DNA of 64,000 nucleotides, taken from the NCBI GenBank assembly GCA_049582105.1, contig JBAUTG010000005.1:2672-66671 (forward strand), given 5' to 3'. The DNA comes from Candidatus Dormiibacterota bacterium (lineage in GTDB: Bacteria > Chloroflexota > Dormibacteria > Aeolococcales > Aeolococcaceae). Each line of letters opens with the position of its first letter. The stretch's first letter is position 1. Shown in pieces: positions 8,334-16,477 of this stretch. Made by a program: the position numbers and the translations under genes. A model generated the notes under the pieces. That model did not search any database, had not been told where the DNA came from, and worked only from the letters and a program-made list of their open reading frames with translations.

Positions 8334-9665
8334 TTGCTGCAGCACGGCATTCCACGTCGGCACGAATCGCCGTACCATGCGCACGATGCACGGCGGATGC
8401 GAGGTGCGGCGGTGATCCGCGTTCTGATAGCGGACCGAGTGACGCGAATCGTCGGAGACCTCGAGAAGCTCGCGCCCTTTGCTGAGACCGTCGACGTCTG
8501 CGGTGTCGCCCACCAACCGACGGCGGTCATCGAGGAGGCGTGGCTGCGCCAGCCCGATGTGCTCCTCCTCCACGAGACCTTCGCCGACCCGTCGGGCGCC
8601 GACTTCGCCGCCCATCTCGGGTCCGTGTCACCCGCGACCCGGGTGCTCCTCATGACCTCGAGCGAGCCGGCTGACGCGACCGCCTGGGTCGCGGGCACCA
8701 TCCATGACGGCGCCGACGGCACCGCGCTGTTCGAGGCGATTCGCGTCACGGCCGGGGTCATCCGGCCACGCGGTGGCGCGGGCGCCGAAACCTCGGAGCC
8801 GGACGCCGAGGCGCCGCCCGTGGTGGTCCCCGACCGCGAGCACCACGGACGCGCGACACTCGTCGTCGTCTTCTCGGGGAAGGGCGGCTCCGGGACCTCG
8901 ATGGTCGCCACCAACCTCGCCGTCGCGCTGGCGGGTAGCGCGGAGGGGCGGACCGTCCTCATCGACTCGGACCTCCAGTTCGGCGATGCCGCAGCGATGC
9001 TCCATGTGGAGAGCCATCTGCTGACGATCGCCGACCTCGCGGCTGCCGGTGAGGACATCGAGGCCGTCTTCCTCGACGATGTCCTGGCAACCGGGCCCGG
9101 CGAGGTCCGCGTCCTCCGCTCGGCGCCGAGCCCCGAGCTCGCCGACATCGTGACCGCGTCACGGCTTCGCGCAATGATCCGCGCGATCTCCACGTCGTAC
9201 GAGTTCGTGGTGGTCGACACACCCTCTCATCTCGACGAGCGCATGGTCGAGGTCTTCGATCTCGCCGATCGTGTGCTCGTGGTGAGCAGCTACAACCTGA
9301 CCGCCGTGCGCAGCGCCAAGGCGTCGATCGCGCTCCTCGAAGCGCTCGGGGTCACCCGCGACCGGATCGGAGTCGTCCTCAACCACACACGGCCGCGCGT
9401 GAGCTTCCGGCGCGAGGACGTCGAGGAGATCCTGGGCTGCCGCGCCCTGGCCGACCTGCCCTACGACCCCCGGGTCGACCAGTCGCTCGACTCGGGATCG
9501 CCGATCGTCCTCGCCCTGCCTCACGCCGAGCTGAGCCGGAGGCTCGTCATGCTCGCCGGGAGCGTGTCGTCGCCGTCAACCGCGCCTGGCACGTCTCCTT
9601 CCGAGGAACCGATGCCCGCACCGCCGCCAACCTACCGCCGGCGATTCAACCTGGGGCGGAGGTAA
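8334..9665 (+). CDS. cpaE: CpaE/TadZ-like ParA/MinD-family ATPase with an N-terminal pseudo-receiver domain (paralogue 1)
   Basis: It has the deviant Walker A 'VVFSGKGGSGTSMVATNLAVALA'. The N-terminal receiver-like fold lacks the phospho-acceptor Asp ('DVLLLHETF'). The start is probably ATG 8397 or GTG 8412, the latter preceded by GAGGTG. Confidence 0.75.
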   Translation: MLQHGIPRRHESPYHAHDARRMRGAAVIRVLIADRVTRIVGDLEKLAPFAETVDVCGVAHQPTAVIEEAWLRQPDVLLLHETFADPSGADFAAHLGSVSPATRVLLMTSSEPADATAWVAGTIHDGADGTALFEAIRVTAGVIRPRGGAGAETSEPDAEAPPVVVPDREHHGRATLVVVFSGKGGSGTSMVATNLAVALAGSAEGRTVLIDSDLQFGDAAAMLHVESHLLTIADLAAAGEDIEAVFLDDVLATGPGEVRVLRSAPSPELADIVTASRLRAMIRAISTSYEFVVVDTPSHLDERMVEVFDLADRVLVVSSYNLTAVRSAKASIALLEALGVTRDRIGVVLNHTRPRVSFRREDVEEILGCRALADLPYDPRVDQSLDSGSPIVLALPHAELSRRLVMLAGSVSSPSTAPGTSPSEEPMPAPPPTYRRRFNLGRR

Positions 9666-9674
9666 GGTGGCGCC

Positions 9675-10931
9675 GTGATTCGCGTCCTGATCGCCGACGG
9701 CAGCGAACGCATCCGCGCAAACCTCCAGCGCCGCCTCTCCGCCGAGGAGGACATCACCGTCTGTGGCACGGCCGAAGACGGTGAGCACGCCCTCCAGGAG
9801 GCACTGCATCTGGTACCCGATATCGCCGTCCTCGACGCCGGCCTGAGCGGCCTCGACGGGGTCCAGACCACCGAGATGCTCGCCGAGTACGCGCCCCAGG
9901 CCGGCGTCATCCTCATGTCGATGGAGAGCGGGAGCGAGCTCTTCCGCCGGGCGATGCTCGCCGGCGCGCGCGAGGTGCTGCAGAAACCCTTCACCGGCGA
10001 CGACCTGGTCGCAGCGATCCACCGCGTCCATGCATTCCAGGCGCGCAAGCGGGCTGCTCAATCGGCGCGTCAGCCCGCCAACGGTGGAGCGCCCCCGGCG
10101 GACGGAGCCCGGCGCCGGGACGGCCGGATGATCACCATCGTCTCGGGAAAGGGCGGTGTCGGCAAGTCGATCATCGCGACGAACCTCGCGCTGATCCTGA
10201 ACCGCCCGAACCCCGGCAGCGTGGTCCTTGTCGACCTCTCCCTCCAGTTCGGCGACGTCGCGGCGCTCCTGGCGATGACCCCGGACGGGACGATTGCCGA
10301 GTTCGCCGCAAGCGACGCCTCGATCGCCGATCGCCACGTGATCCAGCAGGCACTCTCGCTCGGCCCCCAGGGGCTCACCGTGGTCGCCGCCCCGCCGAGC
10401 CCTGAGCTGGCCGACTATGTCACCACCGCTCATCTGCGCTCGCTCGTCGCCGAGCTCCGCGCGACCTACGAGATGGTGGTGGCTGACACGACTTCCCAGC
10501 TCTCGGAGATCACGCTCGAGGCGCTCGAGAACTCGGACCACATCGTGCTCGTCACGGACTTCAGCGTGACCTCGGTGAAGAACACCCGCATGATCATGTC
10601 CGTGATCGGGGTGCTCCAGGTCGACCCCGAACGGATCATCGTCGTCGCCAACCACCGCGATGCGCCGCTCGCCGGGGGGATGGACAGGGCGCGGATCGAG
10701 GACTTCCTCCGTCACCCGGTCGCGGCGGAGATCCCCCATGACGCGGTTGCGATCGGCGCCTCGGTCAGCCTGGGCGTCCCCGTGGTCATCAGCGGCCACT
10801 CGTCGCCCGCGACTGCCGCGTTCGAGCGCCTCGCCGCCGTGGTGCTGGGAAATGCCGGACCCGAAACGCCTGCCGAGCCGCCGGGCAAGAAACGCGGCCG
10901 CAGACGCCTGGGATTCGCGTCAAGGGATTGA
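9675..10931 (+). CDS. cpaE: receiver-domain-CpaE/TadZ-like ATPase fusion (paralogue 2, canonical receiver)
   Basis: The receiver has 'IRVLIADGSE', 'IAVLDAGLSGLDG' and 'LQKPF'. The Walker A is 'ITIVSGKGGVGKSIIATNLALIL'. Confidence 0.8.
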   Translation: MIRVLIADGSERIRANLQRRLSAEEDITVCGTAEDGEHALQEALHLVPDIAVLDAGLSGLDGVQTTEMLAEYAPQAGVILMSMESGSELFRRAMLAGAREVLQKPFTGDDLVAAIHRVHAFQARKRAAQSARQPANGGAPPADGARRRDGRMITIVSGKGGVGKSIIATNLALILNRPNPGSVVLVDLSLQFGDVAALLAMTPDGTIAEFAASDASIADRHVIQQALSLGPQGLTVVAAPPSPELADYVTTAHLRSLVAELRATYEMVVADTTSQLSEITLEALENSDHIVLVTDFSVTSVKNTRMIMSVIGVLQVDPERIIVVANHRDAPLAGGMDRARIEDFLRHPVAAEIPHDAVAIGASVSLGVPVVISGHSSPATAAFERLAAVVLGNAGPETPAEPPGKKRGRRRLGFASRD

Positions 10932-10980
10932 TGTCGGAGGCCCGCGGGCCGCACGGGCCGCCGGCCACTGACCCTCGCGA

Positions 10981-12210
10981 TCAGCGGCCGAAGATGCGGC
11001 GCTTTCTCTTGTCGTCGGCCTTGCCGGCGCCGACCCCGGCCGCGATGGGTTGAGCGCCCGGGACGAGCGCCCCGGCGAGCTCGCGGATCGAACGGCTGAT
11101 GTCGGACTCCGGGCTGGCCGTCACGAAGGGCGTCCCGCGATTGATCGAGTCGCCGACGACCCTGGGGTCGTAGGGGATCTGCGCGCCGACTGTGTGCCGG
11201 AGGTTCTGCTCGATCGAGTCCTTGTTGAAGTCCGAGTGTGCGTCACTGCGGTCGACGACAAGGAGGATCGAAGCCGGATCGACGGTGAGCGACTCGAGCA
11301 CCTTGAGCGCGAGCTTCGCGTCCTTGATCGCCGGGATCGTGAGCGCCGTGACCACGAGGACGTGCTGCGCTGATTCGATCACCTCGAGGTTGAAGTCCGC
11401 GAGATGGCACGAGGTGTCGACCACCACGTAGTCGTATGTCTTGCGCAGCTCGGCCATGACCATGCGGACGTGGTCGTTGGTGATGAGGTCGGCGAGCTCA
11501 GGGCTGATCGGTGCGAGCAGGACGCGAACCCCACCCGGACCGTGCGCCATGATCTCGTTCAGCATCTCCGGCTCGAGCGTTTCCGAGTCGACGACGTCGG
11601 TGATGCTTCGACTGTGGTCCAGGTTGAGCATCACGCCGATGTCGCCGAACTGCAGGTCGAGGTCGACCAGGGCCACGCGCGACTCGGTCTCGACCGCGAG
11701 CGCCACCGAGAGGTTGGTGGCCAGCATCGTCTTTCCGACGCCACCTTTGCCCGAGAACAGCACGATCACCTCACCGAGCGCCGCCGCTCGTGGCGCACCT
11801 GAGGCGTCCGGCAGCGACGCCCGCGCGAACGTCCCCTTCTTCTCCTCGAGCTGATGCACACGGCGGATCGCCGCGACGAGCTCGTCATGGCTGAAAGGCT
11901 TGATGAGGTACTCGCGAGCACCCGCCTGCATCGCGCGGCGGAGGTAGTCGCGCTCGCCCTGGACCGACATGATGATCACCGGCGAGGCCGGCAACTCCTG
12001 GGCGAGCCGCTCGGTGAGCTGGATCCCGTCCATGATCGGCATGTTCACGTCCGTGAGGACGATGTCGGGCAGCAGGCGGTGCGCCTCCTCGAGGCCCTGC
12101 TTGCCGTCGCCGGCAGTACCGATGACCTCGATGTCCTCTTCGAACCCGAGGAGCTTGCGCAGGTTGTCCCGAGTGCTCGCGATGTCGTCGACGATGAGGA
12201 GCCGGATCAA
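10981..12210 (-). CDS. cpaE: receiver-domain-CpaE/TadZ-like ATPase fusion (paralogue 3, canonical receiver)
   Basis: The receiver has 'IRLLIVDDIAS', 'IVLTDVNMPIMDG' and 'LIKPF'. The Walker A is 'IVLFSGKGGVGKTMLATNLSVALA'. It starts at TTG (12208-12210), 13 nt after the rplA stop. Confidence 0.8.
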   Translation of the reverse strand: MIRLLIVDDIASTRDNLRKLLGFEEDIEVIGTAGDGKQGLEEAHRLLPDIVLTDVNMPIMDGIQLTERLAQELPASPVIIMSVQGERDYLRRAMQAGAREYLIKPFSHDELVAAIRRVHQLEEKKGTFARASLPDASGAPRAAALGEVIVLFSGKGGVGKTMLATNLSVALAVETESRVALVDLDLQFGDIGVMLNLDHSRSITDVVDSETLEPEMLNEIMAHGPGGVRVLLAPISPELADLITNDHVRMVMAELRKTYDYVVVDTSCHLADFNLEVIESAQHVLVVTALTIPAIKDAKLALKVLESLTVDPASILLVVDRSDAHSDFNKDSIEQNLRHTVGAQIPYDPRVVGDSINRGTPFVTASPESDISRSIRELAGALVPGAQPIAAGVGAGKADDKRKRRIFGR

Positions 12211-12223
12211 ATCGAAGGCGTCC

Positions 12224-12934
12224 TCAGCCCACCGTCAGCCGTGCTGCCTGAACGGGGTCGACCGGGATGCCCGGTCCCATGGTCGAGGCAACGGTCACGG
12301 TCTTCACGTAGGTGCCCTTTGCCCCCGACGGCTTGGCTCGAACGATCGCATCCATCAAAGCGGCGAAATTGTCGCGCAGTTTGTCGTCATCGAACGAGGC
12401 TTTACCGATTGCGGCATGAATAATTCCAGTCCTGTCATTTCGGAACTCGACGCGACCACCCTGGACGTCCTGGATTGCCTTGGCGATGTCGAAGGTGACG
12501 GTGCCCGCCTTGGGGTTCGGCATGAGGCCGCGCGGGCCGAGGATCTTGCCGAGGCGCCCGACCATCCCCATGACCTCCGGGGTGGCGAGAGCGACGTCGA
12601 AGTCGATGACGCCCTCCTGGACCTTCTTGACGAGGTCCTCACCACCCACCACGTCGGCGCCCGCCTCGATTGCCTCGCGCAGCTTCTCGCCGGTGGCGAA
12701 GACGGCGATTCGCCGGACCTTGCCGGTGCCGTGGGGCAACGTGACCGTGCTCCGCACGACCTGGTCGGCGTGGCGCGGGTCGATGCCGAGACGGACGTGC
12801 GCCTCGATGGATGAATCGAACTTGGTGGTCGCGGTCTGGCGGACCAGGCTCATCGCCTCCGCGGGCGGATAGAACTTGCCGTCCTCGATCGCCCCGGCGG
12901 CCTCGCGGTACTTCTTGCCGTGTTGTGCGGGCAT
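12224..12934 (-). CDS. rplA: 50S ribosomal protein L1
   Basis: The sequence '[55 protein letters not shown]' is an unmistakable L1. Confidence 0.95.
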   Translation of the reverse strand: MPAQHGKKYREAAGAIEDGKFYPPAEAMSLVRQTATTKFDSSIEAHVRLGIDPRHADQVVRSTVTLPHGTGKVRRIAVFATGEKLREAIEAGADVVGGEDLVKKVQEGVIDFDVALATPEVMGMVGRLGKILGPRGLMPNPKAGTVTFDIAKAIQDVQGGRVEFRNDRTGIIHAAIGKASFDDDKLRDNFAALMDAIVRAKPSGAKGTYVKTVTVASTMGPGIPVDPVQAARLTVG

Positions 12935-12985
12935 GTGACTTCTCCGTGGTGTTGGCGGGCGCCCGGCGCCCTCCCACTCAGTGGC

Positions 12986-13408
12986 TCAGTTGACGTTCAG
13001 ACCCATGGATCGCGCCGTCCCCTCGATGATCTTCATCGCGTGCTCGAGGTCATGCGCGTTGAGATCCGCCTGCTTGACCTCGGCGATCTCGCGGACCTGC
13101 TGCCTGGACAGCGTGCCCACCTTCTCCCGGTTCGGGACGCCCGAGCCCTTCTCGACTCCAGCGGCCTTCTTCAGCATCTCCGCGGCAGGCGGCGTCTTGG
13201 TGATGAACGTGAACGTGCGGTCCTCGTACACCGTGATCTGTGCGGGGATGACCCCCGACTGGTTCGCGGTGCGCTCGTTGTAGGCCTTGCAGAACTCCAT
13301 GATGTTGAGTCCGTGCGGACCGAGCGCGGTGCCCACCGGCGGTGCGGGAGTCGCCTTGCCGGCCTGCAACTGCAGTTTGATGACGGTCTTGATCTTCTTC
13401 TTGCTCAT
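12986..13408 (-). CDS. rplK: 50S ribosomal protein L11
   Basis: It has the L11 signature '[40 protein letters not shown]'. Confidence 0.95.
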   Translation of the reverse strand: MSKKKIKTVIKLQLQAGKATPAPPVGTALGPHGLNIMEFCKAYNERTANQSGVIPAQITVYEDRTFTFITKTPPAAEMLKKAAGVEKGSGVPNREKVGTLSRQQVREIAEVKQADLNAHDLEHAMKIIEGTARSMGLNVN

Positions 13409-13420
13409 CTGTCCTCGCCC

Positions 13421-13984
13421 CTATCGCAACCGTTCGACCTGAAGCAGGTCGAGCTCGACGGGCGTCTCGCGGCCGAACATGTTCACGAGCACCTTCAGCT
13501 TGCCCTTCTCGACGTTGATCTCAGTCACCTTGCCGTGGAAGTCGGTGAACGGACCGTCGATGACGCGCACGTTCTCGCCGACCTCGTACTCGACGTTGAC
13601 CTTGGTCGGAGCCTCGGCTTTCACCTGCTTCTGGATGCCCCGAATCTCGTGCTCCTGCAACGGAACGGGCTTGTTCCCCGAGCCGACGAACGACGTGACT
13701 CCGGGAGTGTTGCGAACGACATACCAGGACTCGTCGGACATGACCATGTTGACGAGGATGTAACCGGGGAAGATCCGCTTGCTGACCTTGCGGCGCTGGC
13801 CGTCCTTGATCTCCATGACCTCTTCGGTCGGCACGAGCACGTCGAAGATCTGGTCATGCATGTCCATCGACTCGACACGCTTGAGAAGGTTCGCGCGAAC
13901 TTTCTCCTCGTGTCCCGAGTAGGCGTGGACGACGTACCAGCGAGCGTCCTTGGCGGAAACGGCGTTAGTGACCACGATGCTCAT
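13421..13984 (-). CDS. nusG: transcription termination/antitermination factor NusG
   Basis: The NGN domain is 'WYVVHAYSGHEEKV'. The KOW domain is 'GENVRVIDGPFTDFHGKVTEIN'. Confidence 0.95.
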   Translation of the reverse strand: MSIVVTNAVSAKDARWYVVHAYSGHEEKVRANLLKRVESMDMHDQIFDVLVPTEEVMEIKDGQRRKVSKRIFPGYILVNMVMSDESWYVVRNTPGVTSFVGSGNKPVPLQEHEIRGIQKQVKAEAPTKVNVEYEVGENVRVIDGPFTDFHGKVTEINVEKGKLKVLVNMFGRETPVELDLLQVERLR

Positions 13985-13997
13985 TCTCCCACGGCGG

Positions 13998-14378
13998 CTA
14001 CGGCGACACAGTTGGCAGCGGTATCTCGGTCGGGATGGTGGTCGGCAGCGGCGCCGCGGTCACCGGCGAGGTGATCGCGGTTGGCGACGGCACTGCGGTG
14101 GCAGAGGCGGCCTGCGATTTGATCGCCTGCCCGACCCCGAGGCTGAGGATGTAGTCCGCTCCGCCGACGAGGGCGGCAAAGATGACCACCGTCGCGATGA
14201 CGATCCCGGTCATCCGGAGCAGCTCGTCCCGCGCCGGCCAGACCACCTTCTTGAGCTCCTCCCACACGCCGCGGAGGTAGCCCGCCAGGCCAACCCTCCC
14301 GGATCCACCGGATCCGGCTCCGGGCAGAGCCGGCCGAGGTGGCCGCGAGCTTCCCGGTGCGATACGAGCCTTGGCCAT
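13998..14378 (-). CDS. secE: preprotein translocase subunit SecE
   Basis: It contains 'YLRGVWEELKKVVWPARDELLRMTGIVIATVVIFAALVG'. The track ORF (to 14447, GTG) would overlap tRNA-Trp, so the start was moved to the internal ATG at 14376-14378 ('MAKARIAPG'). Confidence 0.8.
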   Translation of the reverse strand: MAKARIAPGSSRPPRPALPGAGSGGSGRVGLAGYLRGVWEELKKVVWPARDELLRMTGIVIATVVIFAALVGGADYILSLGVGQAIKSQAASATAVPSPTAITSPVTAAPLPTTIPTEIPLPTVSP

Positions 14379-14432
14379 TGACGCTGCTGTCTCCTGATGG
14401 TGATCCCGGGGCGGGGATCGCTGGTTGCGTGA

Positions 14433-14508
14433 TGGCAGGGGCGGCACGACTCGAACGCGCGACCCTCGGTTTTGGAGACCGATGCTCTACCAGCTGAGCT
14501 ACGCCCCT
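14433..14508 (-). tRNA. tRNA-Trp (anticodon CCA)
   Basis: The reverse complement reads AGGGGCGTAGCTCAGCTGGTAGAGCATCGGTCTCCAAAACCGAGGGTCGCGCGTTCGAGTCGTGCCGCCCCTGCCA. This matches the canonical bacterial tRNA-Trp cloverleaf, with a CUCCAAA anticodon loop and a CCA end. It sits in the classic position upstream of secE. Confidence 0.9.
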
Positions 14509-14512
14509 TCGG

Positions 14513-14680
14513 TTACTTGGTCTCGCGGTGCTGCCTGTGCACGCGGCAACGCCTGCAGAACTTGCGCAACTCCAGGCGGTCCGGGTCGTTGCGCTTGTTC
14601 TTGACCGTCGTGTAATTGCGTTCCTTGCACTCGTTGCACTGCAACGTGATGATCGAGGAACCGCCCTTGGCTGTGGCCAC
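14513..14680 (-). CDS. rpmG: 50S ribosomal protein L33 (not in the ORF track)
   Basis: Manual translation of the reverse complement gives (GTG)[55 protein letters not shown]. This is the L33 zinc-ribbon signature (C-x2-C...C-x2-C) with the 'TKNKRN...RLELRKFC' block. Confidence 0.85.
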   Translation of the reverse strand: MATAKGGSSIITLQCNECKERNYTTVKNKRNDPDRLELRKFCRRCRVHRQHRETK

Positions 14681-14860
14681 GTGTCAACGCCTCAACACAA
14701 AAGAGACCTAGCGGCGCTAGGTCGGAAAGCAGTTTACCACAGATCCTGAGGGCCGCCAAATGCCTTTGGCAGGCGGATCGTCACCGGGTCGCCAACCCCC
14801 CGTCCGTCGATTCGGACTACCCTTGGAGGAAGCAAACGCTCATTCCGGGGGACCGTCGCC

Positions 14861-15352
14861 ATGCATCCGCTGCTCAGTCCGAAGAACCTGCTCATTGCCG
14901 GCCTTGGAGCCGCCGTCCTCGGGCTTGGCACCGTTGTTGCCGTCGATCACACCGCCGGCGCCTCCGCCACGACCCAGTCCGCCGCACTCTCCTCCTCGAC
15001 GACCACGACGCCCAGGCTGCCGAGCTTCGGCTCCGGCGGGTTTGCCGGGGTCACCCAGTTCAAGAACGAGGCGTCCAAGGTCTTCGACTTCGTGACCAGG
15101 GACACCAAGCTCACCTGGCAGCAGATCGGCGCCGACCTGCTTGCGGGCAAGACCCTGGATCAGATCGCGGGTCCGAACGCAGCCAGGGTGGCGAGTGACG
15201 CACTTGCCGAGGTCAGGGCAGGGCTGAACCAGGGCGTCTCGAAGGGCGTGATCACACCGGCCGAGGAGACCCGCCTGGTCGCCGACGCGCGGGATGCTAT
15301 CTCTGTGCTGATGGCCGCAAAGTTGAGCGCGCTGGCCCCGACGGGACACTGA
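14861..15352 (+). CDS. hypothetical secreted or membrane-anchored protein
   Basis: It has an N-terminal hydrophobic segment ('LLIAGLGAAVLGLGTVVAV') followed by an S/T-rich linker and a small globular region. The overlapping antisense ORF 14840..15616 is R/G-rich junk. Confidence 0.45.
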   Translation: MHPLLSPKNLLIAGLGAAVLGLGTVVAVDHTAGASATTQSAALSSSTTTTPRLPSFGSGGFAGVTQFKNEASKVFDFVTRDTKLTWQQIGADLLAGKTLDQIAGPNAARVASDALAEVRAGLNQGVSKGVITPAEETRLVADARDAISVLMAAKLSALAPTGH

Positions 15353-16244
15353 CCGGCCGGCCGCGCAGGTCGGCGATCGCCGCGCTCTCGAGCGGTGGAT
15401 GGAGCATGCACTCCTTGTCGGAGTTCCCCTCCCACCACCATCGCCCGGCTCGCTCACCCTCCCCCGGCGCCGTCGCGCGCGTGCACGGCGCGCACCCGAT
15501 CGACGTGTACCCCCGCGCGTACAGCGGATGCGCCTCGATCCCCCGCGCAGACAGGTAGTCCCACACCTCCTCCCGCGTCCACCCCGCCAGCGGCACCACC
15601 TTGGTGATGTCCCCATGGCCTCGGTCCGACGCCACCACCGGCGTCGCCGCCCGCGTCGGCGTCTGCTCCCGGCGCAGTCCCGTGATCCACGCGTCGTACC
15701 CCTCGAGCGCCCGCGCCAGCGGGTTCACCTTGCGCACCGCGCAGCACTCGTTGCGCAGCTCGATCGAGCGCCGGAACTGCATCGTCCCGTGCTCCCCGGT
15801 CATCGCCTCCAGCTCCTCCGCGTCCGGCGACAGGATCCGCAGCCGGATCGGGTAGCGCTCCCGCACCTCCTCCATGTAGCCCAGCGTCTCCTCGTGGAGC
15901 CGCCCCGTGTCAAGGGTCAGCACCTCCGGGTGCGCCACGATCCGGCACGCCAGGTCGATCAGCACCAGCGACTCCGCCTGGAAGCTCGCCACCAGCGCCA
16001 CCCGCCGAAAGCGCTTGTACGTCCACGCCAGGATCTCCTCCGCCGTCCCCTCCGGCGGCGTCACCGCGATCACCAAGACGCCTGGACCACGAAGAGCACC
16101 GGGTTCGACGCCGTGGTCGCGCTGAGGTCGGAATCGCGGGGGCTCACGGCGCACATGATCAGGCAATCTCCTCGATTGCGAACGGATGAGCGTGAAACTC
16201 GGACGGGAGCATTGGGTCTCTGCTTTCTCGTTGTATCGCGCCAC
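15297..16244 (-). CDS. cysH: phosphoadenosine phosphosulfate / adenylylsulfate reductase (CysH family)
   Basis: It has the PAPS-reductase fold ('ALVASFQAESLVLIDL', 'LDTGRLHEETLGYMEEV') and the C-terminal 'GYTSIGCAPCTR...RWWWEGNSDKECMLH' motif typical of the Fe-S-containing APS reductase subclass. The N-terminal ~50 residues of the track ORF are low complexity, so the real start is probably internal. Confidence 0.8.
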   Translation of the reverse strand: MARYNEKAETQCSRPSFTLIRSQSRRLPDHVRREPPRFRPQRDHGVEPGALRGPGVLVIAVTPPEGTAEEILAWTYKRFRRVALVASFQAESLVLIDLACRIVAHPEVLTLDTGRLHEETLGYMEEVRERYPIRLRILSPDAEELEAMTGEHGTMQFRRSIELRNECCAVRKVNPLARALEGYDAWITGLRREQTPTRAATPVVASDRGHGDITKVVPLAGWTREEVWDYLSARGIEAHPLYARGYTSIGCAPCTRATAPGEGERAGRWWWEGNSDKECMLHPPLESAAIADLRGRPVSVPSGPARSTLRPSAQR

Positions 16245-16477
16245 GCGACGGGGGCGCGGTTGGGTCGTAGGTTCCGGGGCGGCCTGGTGGCCGGCGACAT
16301 GGCGGCGAGGCGCTCGTGGCGCCCCGTGTCCGGTCTAGCCGCTACAGCCCGATCCGGCGGCGCGATTGCGCCCCCAGTCGAGCCAGAAACGCCGTGTGAG
16401 CGTGCGGAGTCCACTGCCGTGCATCGCGGCCGATGCTACGGAGTCCCTCCTTCGGAAGTCAACGTTCGTATTCGGGT

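Noticed and set aside
12920-14074. 384-aa plus-strand ORF across the ribosomal cluster
   Set aside because: It is antisense to rplK, nusG and secE, which have unmistakable homology. The R/G/D-rich composition is typical of high-GC antisense frames.
14840-15616. 258-aa minus-strand ORF overlapping the small secreted-protein gene
   Set aside because: It has extreme Arg/Gly content and no domains. The plus-strand ORF has a signal-peptide-like N-terminus and normal composition.
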